The notes: generated from the letters alone by a model not told the origin. A stretch of 48,332 nt of DNA from an uncultured Gammaproteobacteria bacterium (GCA_964415935.1 CAYQCH010000003.1:1-48332); one strand, 5' to 3'. Shown: positions 9,126 through 18,598, counted from the first letter of the stretch. Program-made: numbers and translations.

Positions 9126-11453
9126 CTAGTCGGGGGGGAGACGCCGCACCGGCACTAACGTGAGCGTAATCAGGAGGAAGAGGATGAGCCCGATACCCGC
9201 TGGCGGCGCATGAGCCGCAGCAGGAGCAAGCATGCATCCCCCGCCCCCGCCGCCTCCGCTGCTGGGCGAAGACGGTGATGGATTGTACCCGCCTGGCGGG
9301 TTTGGCGGCGCGGACGGAACCGAGCCGCCTGTGTTTCCGTTGCTGCTTGAACCTGATCCGCCGGACGAGCTGGGCGGCGTGTTGCCGCCGGAACCAGCCA
9401 CCGCTTCCAACGTCAGGACAAGCTCGTCGTAACTGATTTCCCGTCCTGACTCGCCAGTGGCGTTGTGCTGCTGGATCATGAGGCGGTCACCCGCCTGCAG
9501 GTCCATCTGGCACACTTCCACCAGACCACCCTTTACGCCTGCCGCCTGGCTGACGGTATGCGTCTCCAGGCCAAGCACGCGCGGCCGGCTGATATCAAAT
9601 ACGGCGGAGGCGGTTGTGTTATGCGACGTCACGCCGTTGTTGTCGTTGGTAACGCCGCTGGGATTGTGCATCCACAGCTTCCAGGTACCCGACGCCGGAA
9701 TGATGGCGTCATACGATGCGTACGACGTGGGTTGGCGGGCGGCGGTCGTGTAGTCCCAACGCTTGGCATGGCCATACCCGTTCGTGTCACTGTTGGGCGC
9801 AGTTACCACCAGCTCCGGCAAAATCAGCAACGACGAAGGGATCACGCGGTTGCCCGCCGTAACCGTCTCGCTGTAGCCAATCACCTGCCGGACCGTCTGG
9901 TCGTCAAGGAAGAACGGTTCCGGTACCACGGAGACCCAGGCGCCGTTGATCCACTCGCAGAATGTGTAGTGGAGGTGCGTGCCCTGCGACGAAGCGCCGG
10001 TGTTGCCGCACAACCCAATGGGCTGGCCGCGAACGACGCTCTGGCCGTCGCGCACAAGCACAGACGAGAGATGCAGGTATTGCGCACGGTACTTCCTGCC
10101 GCTGGTCTGGTCATCGTACTCGATGTCCACAAAACGGCCGCCGCCGGGAAAGACCCCCGTCCTGGCGATGCCGGCGATACTTGCGACCAGTTCCAGCCCA
10201 AAGTCATTGCTGCCTCCGGACGGATGGTTGAAGTCCTGTCCCCAGAGATGCAGCTGGCCAAGATGGTCGCCTTCGTTGTAGTTGTTGCCGCTCCTGATCC
10301 AGGTCCCATGCACGGGAAGGAACAGCTGCGGCCAGGGTGATACATCCAGCAAAAGGCTGGCATACGAGGACCAGTTGCCGTTGGCATCACGCACGCGATA
10401 ACGCAACTCTTGCTGTCCGACGTACAGATCATGCGGACCGGTCGTGATGCTGGCGGCCGCCCCGATGACCTTACTGATGCCGTTCTGGTGCAGGCTCCAT
10501 TCATGCTGGGTGGGCGTCCCGCCTTGCGCGCTGCCCTGCAGTCGCAAGACGTGATACCGCCGCAATGGAATGGCCCCGCGGGCAACCAGGTCATACTGTT
10601 CGACGTACGCTCCCAGCGTTGACGCCCGCAGCACTGACCGCTCCACCACTGCCGACTGGATACGGCCGGTCATGGTCGTCGGTCCCGGCGGGTTGGGCGG
10701 CGTGCCTGCCTGCACATTCAGCGTTGACGTGGCGGCCGGGCTCCAACCGAACTGGTTGCGGGCCAGAAAGCGGATGGCGTAGGTACCGGCGGCAAACGAC
10801 TGCTGCACCGTCGGCGCGGAACCAAACACCTGTCCATTGGCCTCCCACCGATACTCGATGGGGTTCTGCGTGGCCGTGCCGCTGAACTGCACCGTCGCGC
10901 CGGCCGCGGGATTGACCGGGCTGACCGACTGGATGGTTGCGGCAGGCACCTGACCTGGCGGAGGAGATGTTGCCGACGTGACCACCACCCGGATCCGGGT
11001 GGTGCCCCAGTCATAGATGTATCCGCCTTGCGCATGGTACGGACGGAAATAGCAGTCGTGCGTCCCAATACCAAGGGCGCGGCCGTCGACCTGCACCTTG
11101 AAGACAAAGCGGGCCACCTGCTGCGGCGCAACGCCTTGCTGCGCCTGCATGAAACTGCCGACGCGCTGGCGGTTAATCCAGCTGCTGTGATACAGCGGCC
11201 CGTCAATGGCGATGCCGCCGGTACCCACCGGCCGCAACTCGATGTACTGCAGGTTGCTGACGCCGCCGCTGTTCTGCCAGGTGGACGTCCCCGTGTTGGT
11301 GAAGTCGATTTCCACTTCCCGCTCGAAATTCTGCGCATCAGTCACCGCAATGGTGTCCGGATTCTGCGCAAAAAAACGGCAGGCATGTTGAGCGAAAGCC
11401 ATCTGTCCCTGCAGCAGCAGGAAACACACAGCCAGGTACATGGCTCGAAACAC
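9126..11453 (-). CDS. secreted multidomain M23 (LytM-type) metallopeptidase with Ig/PKD-like domains and a C-terminal anchor
   Basis: GTG start preceded by AGGAG at 6-nt spacing. Signal peptide MFRAMYLAVCFLLLQGQMAFA. M23 motifs LHLWGQDF and GNTGASSQGTHLHYTF. PKD-like repeats, a Ser/Gly/Pro linker and a terminal hydrophobic helix plus RR. Confidence 0.8.
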   Translation of the reverse strand: MFRAMYLAVCFLLLQGQMAFAQHACRFFAQNPDTIAVTDAQNFEREVEIDFTNTGTSTWQNSGGVSNLQYIELRPVGTGGIAIDGPLYHSSWINRQRVGSFMQAQQGVAPQQVARFVFKVQVDGRALGIGTHDCYFRPYHAQGGYIYDWGTTRIRVVVTSATSPPPGQVPAATIQSVSPVNPAAGATVQFSGTATQNPIEYRWEANGQVFGSAPTVQQSFAAGTYAIRFLARNQFGWSPAATSTLNVQAGTPPNPPGPTTMTGRIQSAVVERSVLRASTLGAYVEQYDLVARGAIPLRRYHVLRLQGSAQGGTPTQHEWSLHQNGISKVIGAAASITTGPHDLYVGQQELRYRVRDANGNWSSYASLLLDVSPWPQLFLPVHGTWIRSGNNYNEGDHLGQLHLWGQDFNHPSGGSNDFGLELVASIAGIARTGVFPGGGRFVDIEYDDQTSGRKYRAQYLHLSSVLVRDGQSVVRGQPIGLCGNTGASSQGTHLHYTFCEWINGAWVSVVPEPFFLDDQTVRQVIGYSETVTAGNRVIPSSLLILPELVVTAPNSDTNGYGHAKRWDYTTAARQPTSYASYDAIIPASGTWKLWMHNPSGVTNDNNGVTSHNTTASAVFDISRPRVLGLETHTVSQAAGVKGGLVEVCQMDLQAGDRLMIQQHNATGESGREISYDELVLTLEAVAGSGGNTPPSSSGGSGSSSNGNTGGSVPSAPPNPPGGYNPSPSSPSSGGGGGGGCMLAPAAAHAPPAGIGLILFLLITLTLVPVRRLPPD

Positions 11454-11547
11454 GCAATACTCCTGTCAAAGAACGGTTTCATCCGTATCGGATGAGAGTG
11501 CAGAGGCGCACTCTGGACTGGGCGGAGTTCAAGCCAGAGTCCGGGGG

Positions 11548-12147
11548 CTAATCATGCGTAAAGACCAGCCACTCTAAAAACAATTGCTCGTTGTAGCGAC
11601 CTTCGGGATCGGCAAGGGCGTCGGCCAGAAACCGCATGTACACATCATTGTTCCAGTCGTATCCGCCATGTGCGGCGGCTTCAAAATCCCAATACACCAC
11701 GGGTACTGCATAGTCAGGAATTCCTCCGGTTTTGATCATCAAACGATCAACAATAATGCTGTCAGGAAACGGTTCGCTTTTTTGCACATCGCTTGCATCC
11801 AGTACCACGAACTTTGGCGGTAAAAGGACAAACTGCACATGATACGGCATGGCCGCGGCAAACTCATTCCATGTGCGCTCCAGTTCCTTGAAGTCGCCTG
11901 TTCTCGAGGCCAAAACCGGCTGCACGCGAGCCTTGCCTTCCAGCAGGGTGTTGCGCAATTTCGCGTAATGATAAGGATTTTGGCAGGCAACGAGGGAGTC
12001 TTGCTCCGATACTTGCTTCGCCGGAACCTGCTGCTGAATCTCCATTGTTGTCTCACTCGCCGGATCCTGTGCCGGCTGAACAGGCGCGAAGGCGACACCA
12101 AACAAACTGAGAATAAAGGCAAGTATAGACATATTTAGGTATAACAA
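11548..12147 (-). CDS. hypothetical secreted protein
   Basis: 199-aa ORF with an N-terminal signal-like helix (MLYLNMSILAFILSLFGVAFA). No family recognised. Confidence 0.5.
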   Translation of the reverse strand: MLYLNMSILAFILSLFGVAFAPVQPAQDPASETTMEIQQQVPAKQVSEQDSLVACQNPYHYAKLRNTLLEGKARVQPVLASRTGDFKELERTWNEFAAAMPYHVQFVLLPPKFVVLDASDVQKSEPFPDSIIVDRLMIKTGGIPDYAVPVVYWDFEAAAHGGYDWNNDVYMRFLADALADPEGRYNEQLFLEWLVFTHD

Positions 12148-12387
12148 TTTTCTCGTGACAACGCGTCGGACACAGAGTCCTCTGCCCCCACCCCGTCATC
12201 CAACAATTAATGGCGTTCCCACGAGAAAGCTGGGGAGAAATGGCCAGACGAGAGATGGCGCGCGTCCGCTCGGACGATGATGCCCATCTTGCGGTGCGGT
12301 GCCAGGACACTTCCCCCTTTTTGACGCCCCTGCCATGAAACAGCGCTTACTTGTTTTCAAGCGGCAGGATGCATCGTCGCTCTCGAA

Positions 12388-12789
12388 CTATTCTTCCGGT
12401 TCGATGGCAGCCTCAGCCGCCACGTCATCGTTGTGGTCCGACGCCGCGCTTGCCAAAGCCTGTTGCTTATCTAGTAACAGCATGTTTGAAGCAATGATTT
12501 CGGTGCGCGAGTGCAAAACCTTCTTGTCGTCCTCCCAGCGGCTGGTTTTCAGGCGGCCTTGCACATAGACCAGGCGTCCTTTATGGATGTAATCGCGGCA
12601 AATCTCCGCCAGGCGGCCAAATGCCACGACAGGGTGGAATTCCGCGTTCGGCACGCCGTCTTTGGCAGCACGGCGGCCGTTAGTGGCCAGTGTAAACTTG
12701 GTTAAAGAACTCTTTTCGGACAGCTGTTTGGACACCGGCTCCTGCGTCACATGGCCGATGAGCGTAACAGAATTGAGATTCATAGGCAT
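12388..12789 (-). CDS. ssb: single-stranded DNA-binding protein
   Basis: OB-fold SSB pattern: VTLIGHVTQEP...FTLATN...FHPVVAFGRLAEICRDYIHKGRLVYVQGRLKTSRWED, plus an acidic C-terminal tail (AAIEPEE). The start was set at ATG 12789; the ORF track extends to a TTG at 12825. Confidence 0.85.
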   Translation of the reverse strand: MPMNLNSVTLIGHVTQEPVSKQLSEKSSLTKFTLATNGRRAAKDGVPNAEFHPVVAFGRLAEICRDYIHKGRLVYVQGRLKTSRWEDDKKVLHSRTEIIASNMLLLDKQQALASAASDHNDDVAAEAAIEPEE

Positions 12790-12861
12790 GTCAAACCTAT
12801 GCCCCCATGAAGGGGCATTGGACAAAATATAATGTTAGACGAGAACGAGTGAAAAAGCTTT

Positions 12862-12917
12862 TCCAACAAAAATAGCGCTGCAAAAACGGATGAACCGTTC
12901 TTAGATACAGCGCTATT
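12862..12917 (-). terminator. hairpin terminator after the serine protease gene
   Basis: Perfect 10-nt arms AATAGCGCTG (12871..12880) and CAGCGCTATT (12908..12917), with an inner AACGG/CCGTT stem. On the minus strand it is followed by TTTTGTTGG. Confidence 0.6.
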
Positions 12918-12963
12918 TCATGAATCTATTGTAGAGAATTTTTGTGTCCTGATCAAGACAAAA

Positions 12964-14082
12964 TTACAATCTTGTGCCGTCTGACATGTCAATTTTCGTT
13001 AACGGCACGCGCTTCTTGATGCGCACGCTCTGCGCAAATTTGCTCTTGGCCGCTCGCGCGTTTGCTGCTTGTTCTTCTCCGCCACAACGCGCCAGAATAC
13101 TGTCGGACCATTTCGACAAATCCCCCAATTCTTTACTGCGTCTGACCGCGCTTACCAGCCGCTTGGGCGAGATATCCACAGCGCAGAAGGCCTTATGCAT
13201 CAGCTTCACTTCATGCTCCATGGCCTCATCATAAGCTAACGTGCATTGGTTGTCGTAAAATCGTTGTGAAGACTGCACAAAATAGCCGGAATCGCCGTCG
13301 TAGACGCAGTCTAAAGGCACAAGCCCCTGCGCAAACAAATGCGCCTGCACGCGGCGCTCAAACTCCAGGTATACGTCTTCAGACAAGACAAACGTGAAGG
13401 CGCCGGCAATAATGCTGCCGGCAAACGGCACGCCCACCAGGCGGTACTCCTGGTCAATCATGACACCGCCGGATACGCCAGGGCCTGCCAGCGCGTCGGT
13501 CTTGTAGAGCTTGAGCTGCTCGGTGTCCAACCGGACGATGCCAAGCCACTGCGACACGTCGGGATTTTCAATAAAACCGACAATGTTGCCGGGCGAAACC
13601 GTAATGGTACCTTCGCCGGAGGCAGGATAGCCAAGCACCCAGACATCCTCGCCGAACGCGCGGCTGTCAAAATGCGGTTCGCTGAAGCGCTCAAAATACT
13701 CGGTGAAGACGCCGTTTGGTTCTTTCGGGCAGACGTAGGCCAGATCCAAAGACTGGTCAACGAACACCGCTTCGCCTTCAAACGCAAACTCGGGCGCGCG
13801 GCCGCGGTCGGTGGCAATGGCAATGCCGATATGCGGGTCTACCTCGCCTGTTTCCGCGTTAATAACTACGTGCGAATTGGTGTACAAGCATCCGCCATGG
13901 TCAATAAACACGCCCGACCCTTGCTTGATGCTGGTATTATCGTCAAACGGCTCCTGCGTGTACGTCGTTACTTCCGCGACGGCGCGGATAATAAAGTTGG
14001 GCGCCGTGGCCGCCTGCGCGACAGCTGACGGAAAAAACGCCAGCGACGCGACGGCTGCTGATATGACAAGCGTACGGTACAT
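12964..14082 (-). CDS. secreted trypsin-like (S1/S1C) serine protease
   Basis: Trimmed to ATG 14082 (MYRTLVISAAVASLAFFPSAVAQA signal), 10 nt after the pnp stop. Catalytic triad contexts: YTNSHVV (His), DLAYV (Asp) and GPGVSGG (Ser). Confidence 0.75.
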   Translation of the reverse strand: MYRTLVISAAVASLAFFPSAVAQAATAPNFIIRAVAEVTTYTQEPFDDNTSIKQGSGVFIDHGGCLYTNSHVVINAETGEVDPHIGIAIATDRGRAPEFAFEGEAVFVDQSLDLAYVCPKEPNGVFTEYFERFSEPHFDSRAFGEDVWVLGYPASGEGTITVSPGNIVGFIENPDVSQWLGIVRLDTEQLKLYKTDALAGPGVSGGVMIDQEYRLVGVPFAGSIIAGAFTFVLSEDVYLEFERRVQAHLFAQGLVPLDCVYDGDSGYFVQSSQRFYDNQCTLAYDEAMEHEVKLMHKAFCAVDISPKRLVSAVRRSKELGDLSKWSDSILARCGGEEQAANARAAKSKFAQSVRIKKRVPLTKIDMSDGTRL

Positions 14083-14092
14083 ACGTTTTACG

Positions 14093-16348
14093 TTAGAAGC
14101 GTTTTCCGCGCGGGCGTCCGCCGCCACCGCCGTTTCGCCCGCCTCGGCCTCCACCCGGACGGCGTTCGCGAGGCTCTTCCTGGTAGCCTTCCGGCGGCGT
14201 GGACAACGCCTTGATGGACAAATTGATACGCCCAAGTTCATCGATTTCCTTCACCTTCACCTTTACTTCATCGCCGACGTGTAATACATCGGACACCTTT
14301 CCAACTCGTTCATAGGAAATTTCGGATACATGCACGAGGCCTTCCTGGCCCGGCAATACCTCCACAAAGGCGCCGAAGTCCATCAAGCGGGTTACTTTGC
14401 CTTCGTACACCTCGCCCGCAGCGACTTCCTTGGTCAGGTCTTCAATCCATTTCTTGGCTTTGGCCATACCCTCAGCGGACACAGAAGAGATAAAGACACT
14501 GCCGTCCTGCTCGATGTCGATTTCCACGCCGCATTCGTCAATGATCTTGTTGATCATCTTGCCGCCGGGGCCAATGACGTCGCGGATCTTTTCGGGATTG
14601 ATGTGCAAGGTCTCCACTCGCGGCGCATACGGCGACAAATCGGCGCGAGGCGCGGCAATCGCCGAGCTCATGGCGTCCAGGATTTGCAAGCGTCCGTCGC
14701 GCGCCTGTGAAAGCGTCTGGTTGACCTGTTCCAGCGTCAACCCGGCCGACTTCGTATCCATCTGGATGGCGGTGATGCCGTTTTGCGTGCCGGCAATCTT
14801 AAAATCCATGCCGCCATTGCTGTCTTCCAGATCCTGCAAGTCCGTCAACACCTTCCAGTCGCCCTTGTTATTGGAAACAAGGCCCATGGCCACGCCGGCC
14901 ACGGCGCGCTTGATGGGAACGCCCGCATCCATGAGCGCCAGCGTGGAACCGCATGTGGACGCCATGGAGCTGGAACCGTTTGACCCAAGGACTTCGGATA
15001 CCAGTCGGATGGTGTACGGAAATTCATCCTTGCTCGGCAATACCGGCAAGAGGGCTTTTTCAGCCAGCATGCCGTGGCCGATATCACGGCGCGACGGCCC
15101 GCGCATGGGCTTGGTTTCACCAACCGAAAACGGCGGGAAGTTGTAATGATGCATGTAGCGCTTCTTGGCTTCGCCGTTGAGGTCTTCCATGATCTGTTCG
15201 GCTCCGGGGCCGGCCAGCGTCGCCACGGTCAATACCTGGGTCTCGCCGCGAGTGAAGAAACCCGTGCCATGCGTGCGCGGCAAGATGGAAACAGCCACGT
15301 CGAGCGGGCGGATTTCCGTAACGCTGCGCCCGTCAACGCGCTTGCCGGTGCGCAAAATCATTTCACCGACGTGCTCTTCAATGTATTCCTTCAGCGGCTT
15401 GAGCGCTTCCTTGCGCTTGTCTTTGCCGACCTGCTCCGCCTTCAGGGTCTCATCAATGCTTGCCTTGATTTCGCTGATGCTTTCCTTGCGCATCTGCTTG
15501 GTGTTCTTGTCTCCGCCCGCAAAATACTGGTCGACGGCGGCAATGGCCAACTCCTTCACGCGGGCGCGCAACGCGTCCATTTCTTTGGCAGCTTCCATTT
15601 CTTCCTCCGTCAGCACAGGCTTGATGACGCGCTTCTCTTTGCCGATTTCCTTAGCCATCTGGTTGATGAGCTGGATGGCAGGCTTCAGGTGTTTCAAACC
15701 GAACTGGATGCCTTCAAACACCGCCTCTTCAGTCACTTCCTGCGCGCCGGCCTCAAGCATGATGGTTTTTTCGCCATCGCCGGCCACGTACAAATCCATG
15801 TCGCTTTTGGCCAAAGCGGTCGTGGTCGGATTCAGCACCCACTCGCCGTTCACACGGCCGACGCGGCAGCCCGCAACGGGGCCAGCCCACGGAATGTCGG
15901 AAATCATGAGGGCGGCAGAAGCGCCAAGCATAGCGGCGACATCCGGATCATTTTCCCCGTCAACGCACAGCACGGTAACAATCATCTGGATGTCGATGCG
16001 CAGGCTGTCGTCAAACAACGGACGGATGGCGCGATCAACAAGACGGGCCGTCAAAACCGCCTCGTCGCTGGGACGCGTTTCGCGCTTGATAAACCGGCTG
16101 CCCTTGATGATGCCAGCCGCGTACAAACGCTCTTCGTAATCCACGGTCAACGGGAAGAAATCAAATTCGCCGCGCGCTTCCTTGGCCATGGTAGCCGTAA
16201 CCAAAACGACGGTGTCGCCGTAGCGGACCAGGGCGGAGCCGTTGGCCTGCTGGGCCACCACGCCGGTGGTGATGGTCAGGGGACGGCCACCCCATTCCAA
16301 TGTAAACTCACGTGGAGCCATCCACGCATTCTTCAAATCTTGAAACAT
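14093..16348 (-). CDS. pnp: polyribonucleotide nucleotidyltransferase (PNPase)
   Basis: Two RNase PH domains (FFTRGETQVL, HHYNFPPFSVGE), a KH domain and an S1 domain (GEVYEGKVTRLMDFGAFVE). The start is ambiguous: ATG 16348 was chosen, ATG 16321 (MAPREFTLEWGGRPL) is equally plausible, and the track starts at TTG 16417. Confidence 0.95.
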   Translation of the reverse strand: MFQDLKNAWMAPREFTLEWGGRPLTITTGVVAQQANGSALVRYGDTVVLVTATMAKEARGEFDFFPLTVDYEERLYAAGIIKGSRFIKRETRPSDEAVLTARLVDRAIRPLFDDSLRIDIQMIVTVLCVDGENDPDVAAMLGASAALMISDIPWAGPVAGCRVGRVNGEWVLNPTTTALAKSDMDLYVAGDGEKTIMLEAGAQEVTEEAVFEGIQFGLKHLKPAIQLINQMAKEIGKEKRVIKPVLTEEEMEAAKEMDALRARVKELAIAAVDQYFAGGDKNTKQMRKESISEIKASIDETLKAEQVGKDKRKEALKPLKEYIEEHVGEMILRTGKRVDGRSVTEIRPLDVAVSILPRTHGTGFFTRGETQVLTVATLAGPGAEQIMEDLNGEAKKRYMHHYNFPPFSVGETKPMRGPSRRDIGHGMLAEKALLPVLPSKDEFPYTIRLVSEVLGSNGSSSMASTCGSTLALMDAGVPIKRAVAGVAMGLVSNNKGDWKVLTDLQDLEDSNGGMDFKIAGTQNGITAIQMDTKSAGLTLEQVNQTLSQARDGRLQILDAMSSAIAAPRADLSPYAPRVETLHINPEKIRDVIGPGGKMINKIIDECGVEIDIEQDGSVFISSVSAEGMAKAKKWIEDLTKEVAAGEVYEGKVTRLMDFGAFVEVLPGQEGLVHVSEISYERVGKVSDVLHVGDEVKVKVKEIDELGRINLSIKALSTPPEGYQEEPRERRPGGGRGGRNGGGGGRPRGKRF

Positions 16349-16351
16349 AAG

Positions 16352-16431
16352 ACAAGGCGTACGGATGGCGCCTTGTGCACGTAGATATAATTCCCAATGC
16401 TGGACCAGCATGTGCAACGCTGGGAATTATA
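16352..16431 (-). promoter_or_regulatory. structured region immediately upstream of pnp (two hairpins)
   Basis: Hairpin ACAAGGCG (16352..16359) / CGCCTTGT (16369..16376). An 11-nt perfect inverted repeat TATAATTCCCA (16386..16396) / TGGGAATTATA (16421..16431) encloses an inner ATGCTGG-A-CCAGCAT hairpin. Confidence 0.4.
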
Positions 16432-16491
16432 TCTATTACGTCCAAGGAGGCCTTTCGCACGCGATAATTAAGGTTCTTGTTCGCTTCAACC

Positions 16492-16523
16492 ATAACAAAA
16501 ACCGGCCAAAATGGCTAGCCGGC
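16492..16523 (-). terminator. hairpin terminator overlapping the stop of the 274-aa gene
   Basis: On the minus strand, GCCGGC ... GCCGGU forms a 6-bp stem and is followed by UUUUUGUUAUG. The stop codon 16515..16517 lies in the loop. Confidence 0.45.
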
Positions 16524-17339
16524 TTCTGTTTCGCGCCCTGCCGTGTTTACGTCGGCCGGGCCGCGGTCATTGATCTGTTCTAATGTGTCGGGTGAACCCC
16601 AGCGAGGCTCATACCCGCTTACGGTTGGCCCGGACAGCGGCAGGTCCAACGGGTCGGCGCGCTGGACAATAAACCGCTCGTCAACATGATTGGCTTTCAG
16701 GCCCTGCTCGTCCATGACCCGCTGCCCTTCCGGCGTGACAATATACGTAATGCCGTTGGACTGCGCGCGGTACACGAACCCGCCGGGCAAAAGATCGATG
16801 CCGGACAGCATGATGCCTTCATCGTAGTTGACGAAAAAGTATTCCGGCACGTCCACGACGCGCTCCTGCCATCCCTCGCCCAACACGGCCAGCGCCTGCT
16901 GTTCGTTGGCCAGGCTGAACAATGTTTTTTGAAAACCGATCAGGTATACGAACGGCGCGCTCTGGATTTTGACCAGATACGTCCCGGGCCGAATGGTCGC
17001 ATTGCGGCCGGACAACGGAAACGACTCCAATACGTCCTGCGGAATAGTTTTGACAAGGCTAAAGTCGGGATACCAGCTGCGAAAGGTCTGCTCGTCGGGA
17101 AACACCACGCGTTTCCCATCGCCGTTGATGTAATAAATCGTTCCCAGGTTCGGCGCCGTGACCAGGTCGCCCGGCTGCGCCGTTTCATGCAAAATAACCG
17201 GCCCCTTGATGGTGTAAATCATGCGGGGCGGCGGCTGTGGCGCTTCGTACACTTTGTCGGCATACAGGCCGGCGGCGGCCAGCAGGGTCAGCACGCAGGC
17301 GCCGACAAGCCACATTTTGCGGGCTTGGTCTTGCTCCAT
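16515..17339 (-). CDS. hypothetical membrane-anchored protein
   Basis: 274-aa ORF with an N-terminal TM (MWLVGACVLTLLAAAGLYA) and backbone-like codon usage. No family recognised. Confidence 0.6.
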   Translation of the reverse strand: MEQDQARKMWLVGACVLTLLAAAGLYADKVYEAPQPPPRMIYTIKGPVILHETAQPGDLVTAPNLGTIYYINGDGKRVVFPDEQTFRSWYPDFSLVKTIPQDVLESFPLSGRNATIRPGTYLVKIQSAPFVYLIGFQKTLFSLANEQQALAVLGEGWQERVVDVPEYFFVNYDEGIMLSGIDLLPGGFVYRAQSNGITYIVTPEGQRVMDEQGLKANHVDERFIVQRADPLDLPLSGPTVSGYEPRWGSPDTLEQINDRGPADVNTAGRETEAG

Positions 17340-17345
17340 ACCTGC

Positions 17346-17969
17346 TTAGAAAATCACGCGGCGTTTGCGCTTGGCTGTGGAAGCCGCGGCGCCGTCTTCT
17401 TCGTCGCTTCCTCGCATGCGCGTGGAGGCGCGGGACAGCAGCCCGGACGCCGGCCGCGAACGGCGACGGCCGCCAATAAGGAACCGGTCCGGATCGGCGC
17501 TGATGTCAATGAAGTCGTCGGCAAGTTCGCGCAGTTTACTGGACGTGGTCTCACCAAAGGCCACCACCTCCACCAGACAGCCCCTGTTCTCCCTCAAGTA
17601 CTGCGCCAGGGGAATATAATCGCCGTCGCCGGACACGATGATGATGGCATCAAGGCGGTCGGCAAGCTTAATGGCGTCCACCGCCAGACCCACGTCCCAG
17701 TCGGCCTTCTTCATGCCGCTGGCAAACACCTGCAGGTCTTTTTGCTTTACCTCAAATCCTTGCTTGGAGAGGGCGTCAAAAAACGTATTTTCTTCCTCGT
17801 TGTCCGACTTGATGACATAAGCGATGGCGCGGACCAGCCGCCGCCCCGCCACCGCGGCTTTGAGAACTTCCCCAAAGTTGACGTTCGCTTTATACAAATT
17901 TTTGGCACTATGATACATGTTGGCCGTATCGACAAATACGCCCACGCGTTGCTCCGGATGTTTATACAT
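17346..17969 (-). CDS. NYN/LabA-like (PIN-related) domain protein with a basic C-terminal tail
   Basis: Trimmed to ATG 17969. Contains VGVFVDTANMY and IIIVSGDGDYIPLAQY, typical of NYN/LabA-like domains. Confidence 0.7.
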   Translation of the reverse strand: MYKHPEQRVGVFVDTANMYHSAKNLYKANVNFGEVLKAAVAGRRLVRAIAYVIKSDNEEENTFFDALSKQGFEVKQKDLQVFASGMKKADWDVGLAVDAIKLADRLDAIIIVSGDGDYIPLAQYLRENRGCLVEVVAFGETTSSKLRELADDFIDISADPDRFLIGGRRRSRPASGLLSRASTRMRGSDEEDGAAASTAKRKRRVIF

Positions 17970-18081
17970 ATGGTATGAAAAGGGCCGTAAAACCGTATCG
18001 GCCCAAAAAGTTTTAAAATGCGGCGGTGTTGGCCGCCCAGGTGAAAGACTACCGCAAAGCGGCGTTGTTATCAAAGCGTCT

Positions 18082-18127
18082 GAAAAAATCAAGGGGGCTG
18101 GCGCGCCGGAAATGGCGCGCCAGCCCC
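18082..18127 (-). terminator. strong intrinsic terminator ending the two-small-ORF cassette
   Basis: Perfect 14-bp GC-rich stem GGGGCTGGCGCGCC (18094..18107) / GGCGCGCCAGCCCC (18114..18127), loop GGAAAT. On the minus strand it is followed by CUUGAUUUUUUC. Confidence 0.75.
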
Positions 18128-18134
18128 GTACACA

Positions 18135-18329
18135 CTACGTCATGTCGGAGGAGTCCATGAACTGGGTCGCCCCCTCGCGACGTCCGTCGGAGCTGTCTTC
18201 GTCCGTCGGCATCTCGCGCCGGCCCGTCTTGGAGGCCAGATAGGCGCCCGACTGGTGCCTGTCCTTGCGCGCCTCCTGGCGGCGCTTGAGACGCTGCATG
18301 TCGTTACGAGCGCGCTGCGATCGGGACAT
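18135..18329 (-). CDS. small highly charged protein (64 aa), high-GC3 cassette
   Basis: The ATG is preceded by GGGGGG at about 5 nt. That SD overlaps the TAG stop of the upstream small ORF, suggesting translational coupling. Sequence MSRSQRARNDMQRLKRRQEARKDR...; no family recognised. Confidence 0.45.
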   Translation of the reverse strand: MSRSQRARNDMQRLKRRQEARKDRHQSGAYLASKTGRREMPTDEDSSDGRREGATQFMDSSDMT

Positions 18330-18338
18330 GTCGCCCCC

Positions 18339-18545
18339 CTAGCCCCTGGCCCGGCGGAGGTGCAGGTGGCGCTGCAGCGGCGCGCGCTGCGGCCGCCGGC
18401 CGATGATGATGCGGTCGGGCGGCATCACGGTGTCGCTCTCGTCGACGAGCGCGTCGATGGCCAGGTCCGTCTCGGCGGCCTTGTCGGCCATGGCCGCGAT
18501 CTTGCGGTTCCTGGTCCGGCCATCGCTCTTCTTGTTCTTCCCCAC
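18339..18545 (-). CDS. small charged protein (~68 aa from GTG 18545; an alternative ATG at 18491 gives ~50 aa)
   Basis: An in-frame GTG is preceded by GAAGGTG at 6-nt spacing. The track ORF extends to 18647, but that part coincides with the rpsO terminator hairpin. No family recognised. Confidence 0.35.
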   Translation of the reverse strand: MGKNKKSDGRTRNRKIAAMADKAAETDLAIDALVDESDTVMPPDRIIIGRRPQRAPLQRHLHLRRARG

Positions 18546-18598
18546 AGTGTTCACCTTCGGCGTAGAAACACGACCGTGCGAATCCGCTTTCTGTTTCC

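Noticed and set aside
8296-11453. The M23 peptidase region and the Gly-rich protein gene (45492..47429), considered as further foreign high-GC islands.
   Set aside because: Their elevated GC is explained largely by Gly/Ala/Pro-rich protein composition. Third positions still include the backbone's TTT, TTG, AAT, GAT and TAT codons, unlike the truly GC3-extreme cassettes.
15074-16384. Long plus-strand ORFs antisense to pnp (436 aa and 324 aa). Similar antisense ORFs occur at 16686..17978, 23197..24726, 29132..30094, 31172..32251, 35723..36511, 36665..37618 and 39089..40090.
   Set aside because: The opposite strand encodes proteins with clear conserved motifs or coherent signal peptides and codon bias. 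The antisense products are Arg/Ala/Gly/His-rich with no motifs, the usual artefact of stop-poor antisense frames in GC-rich DNA.
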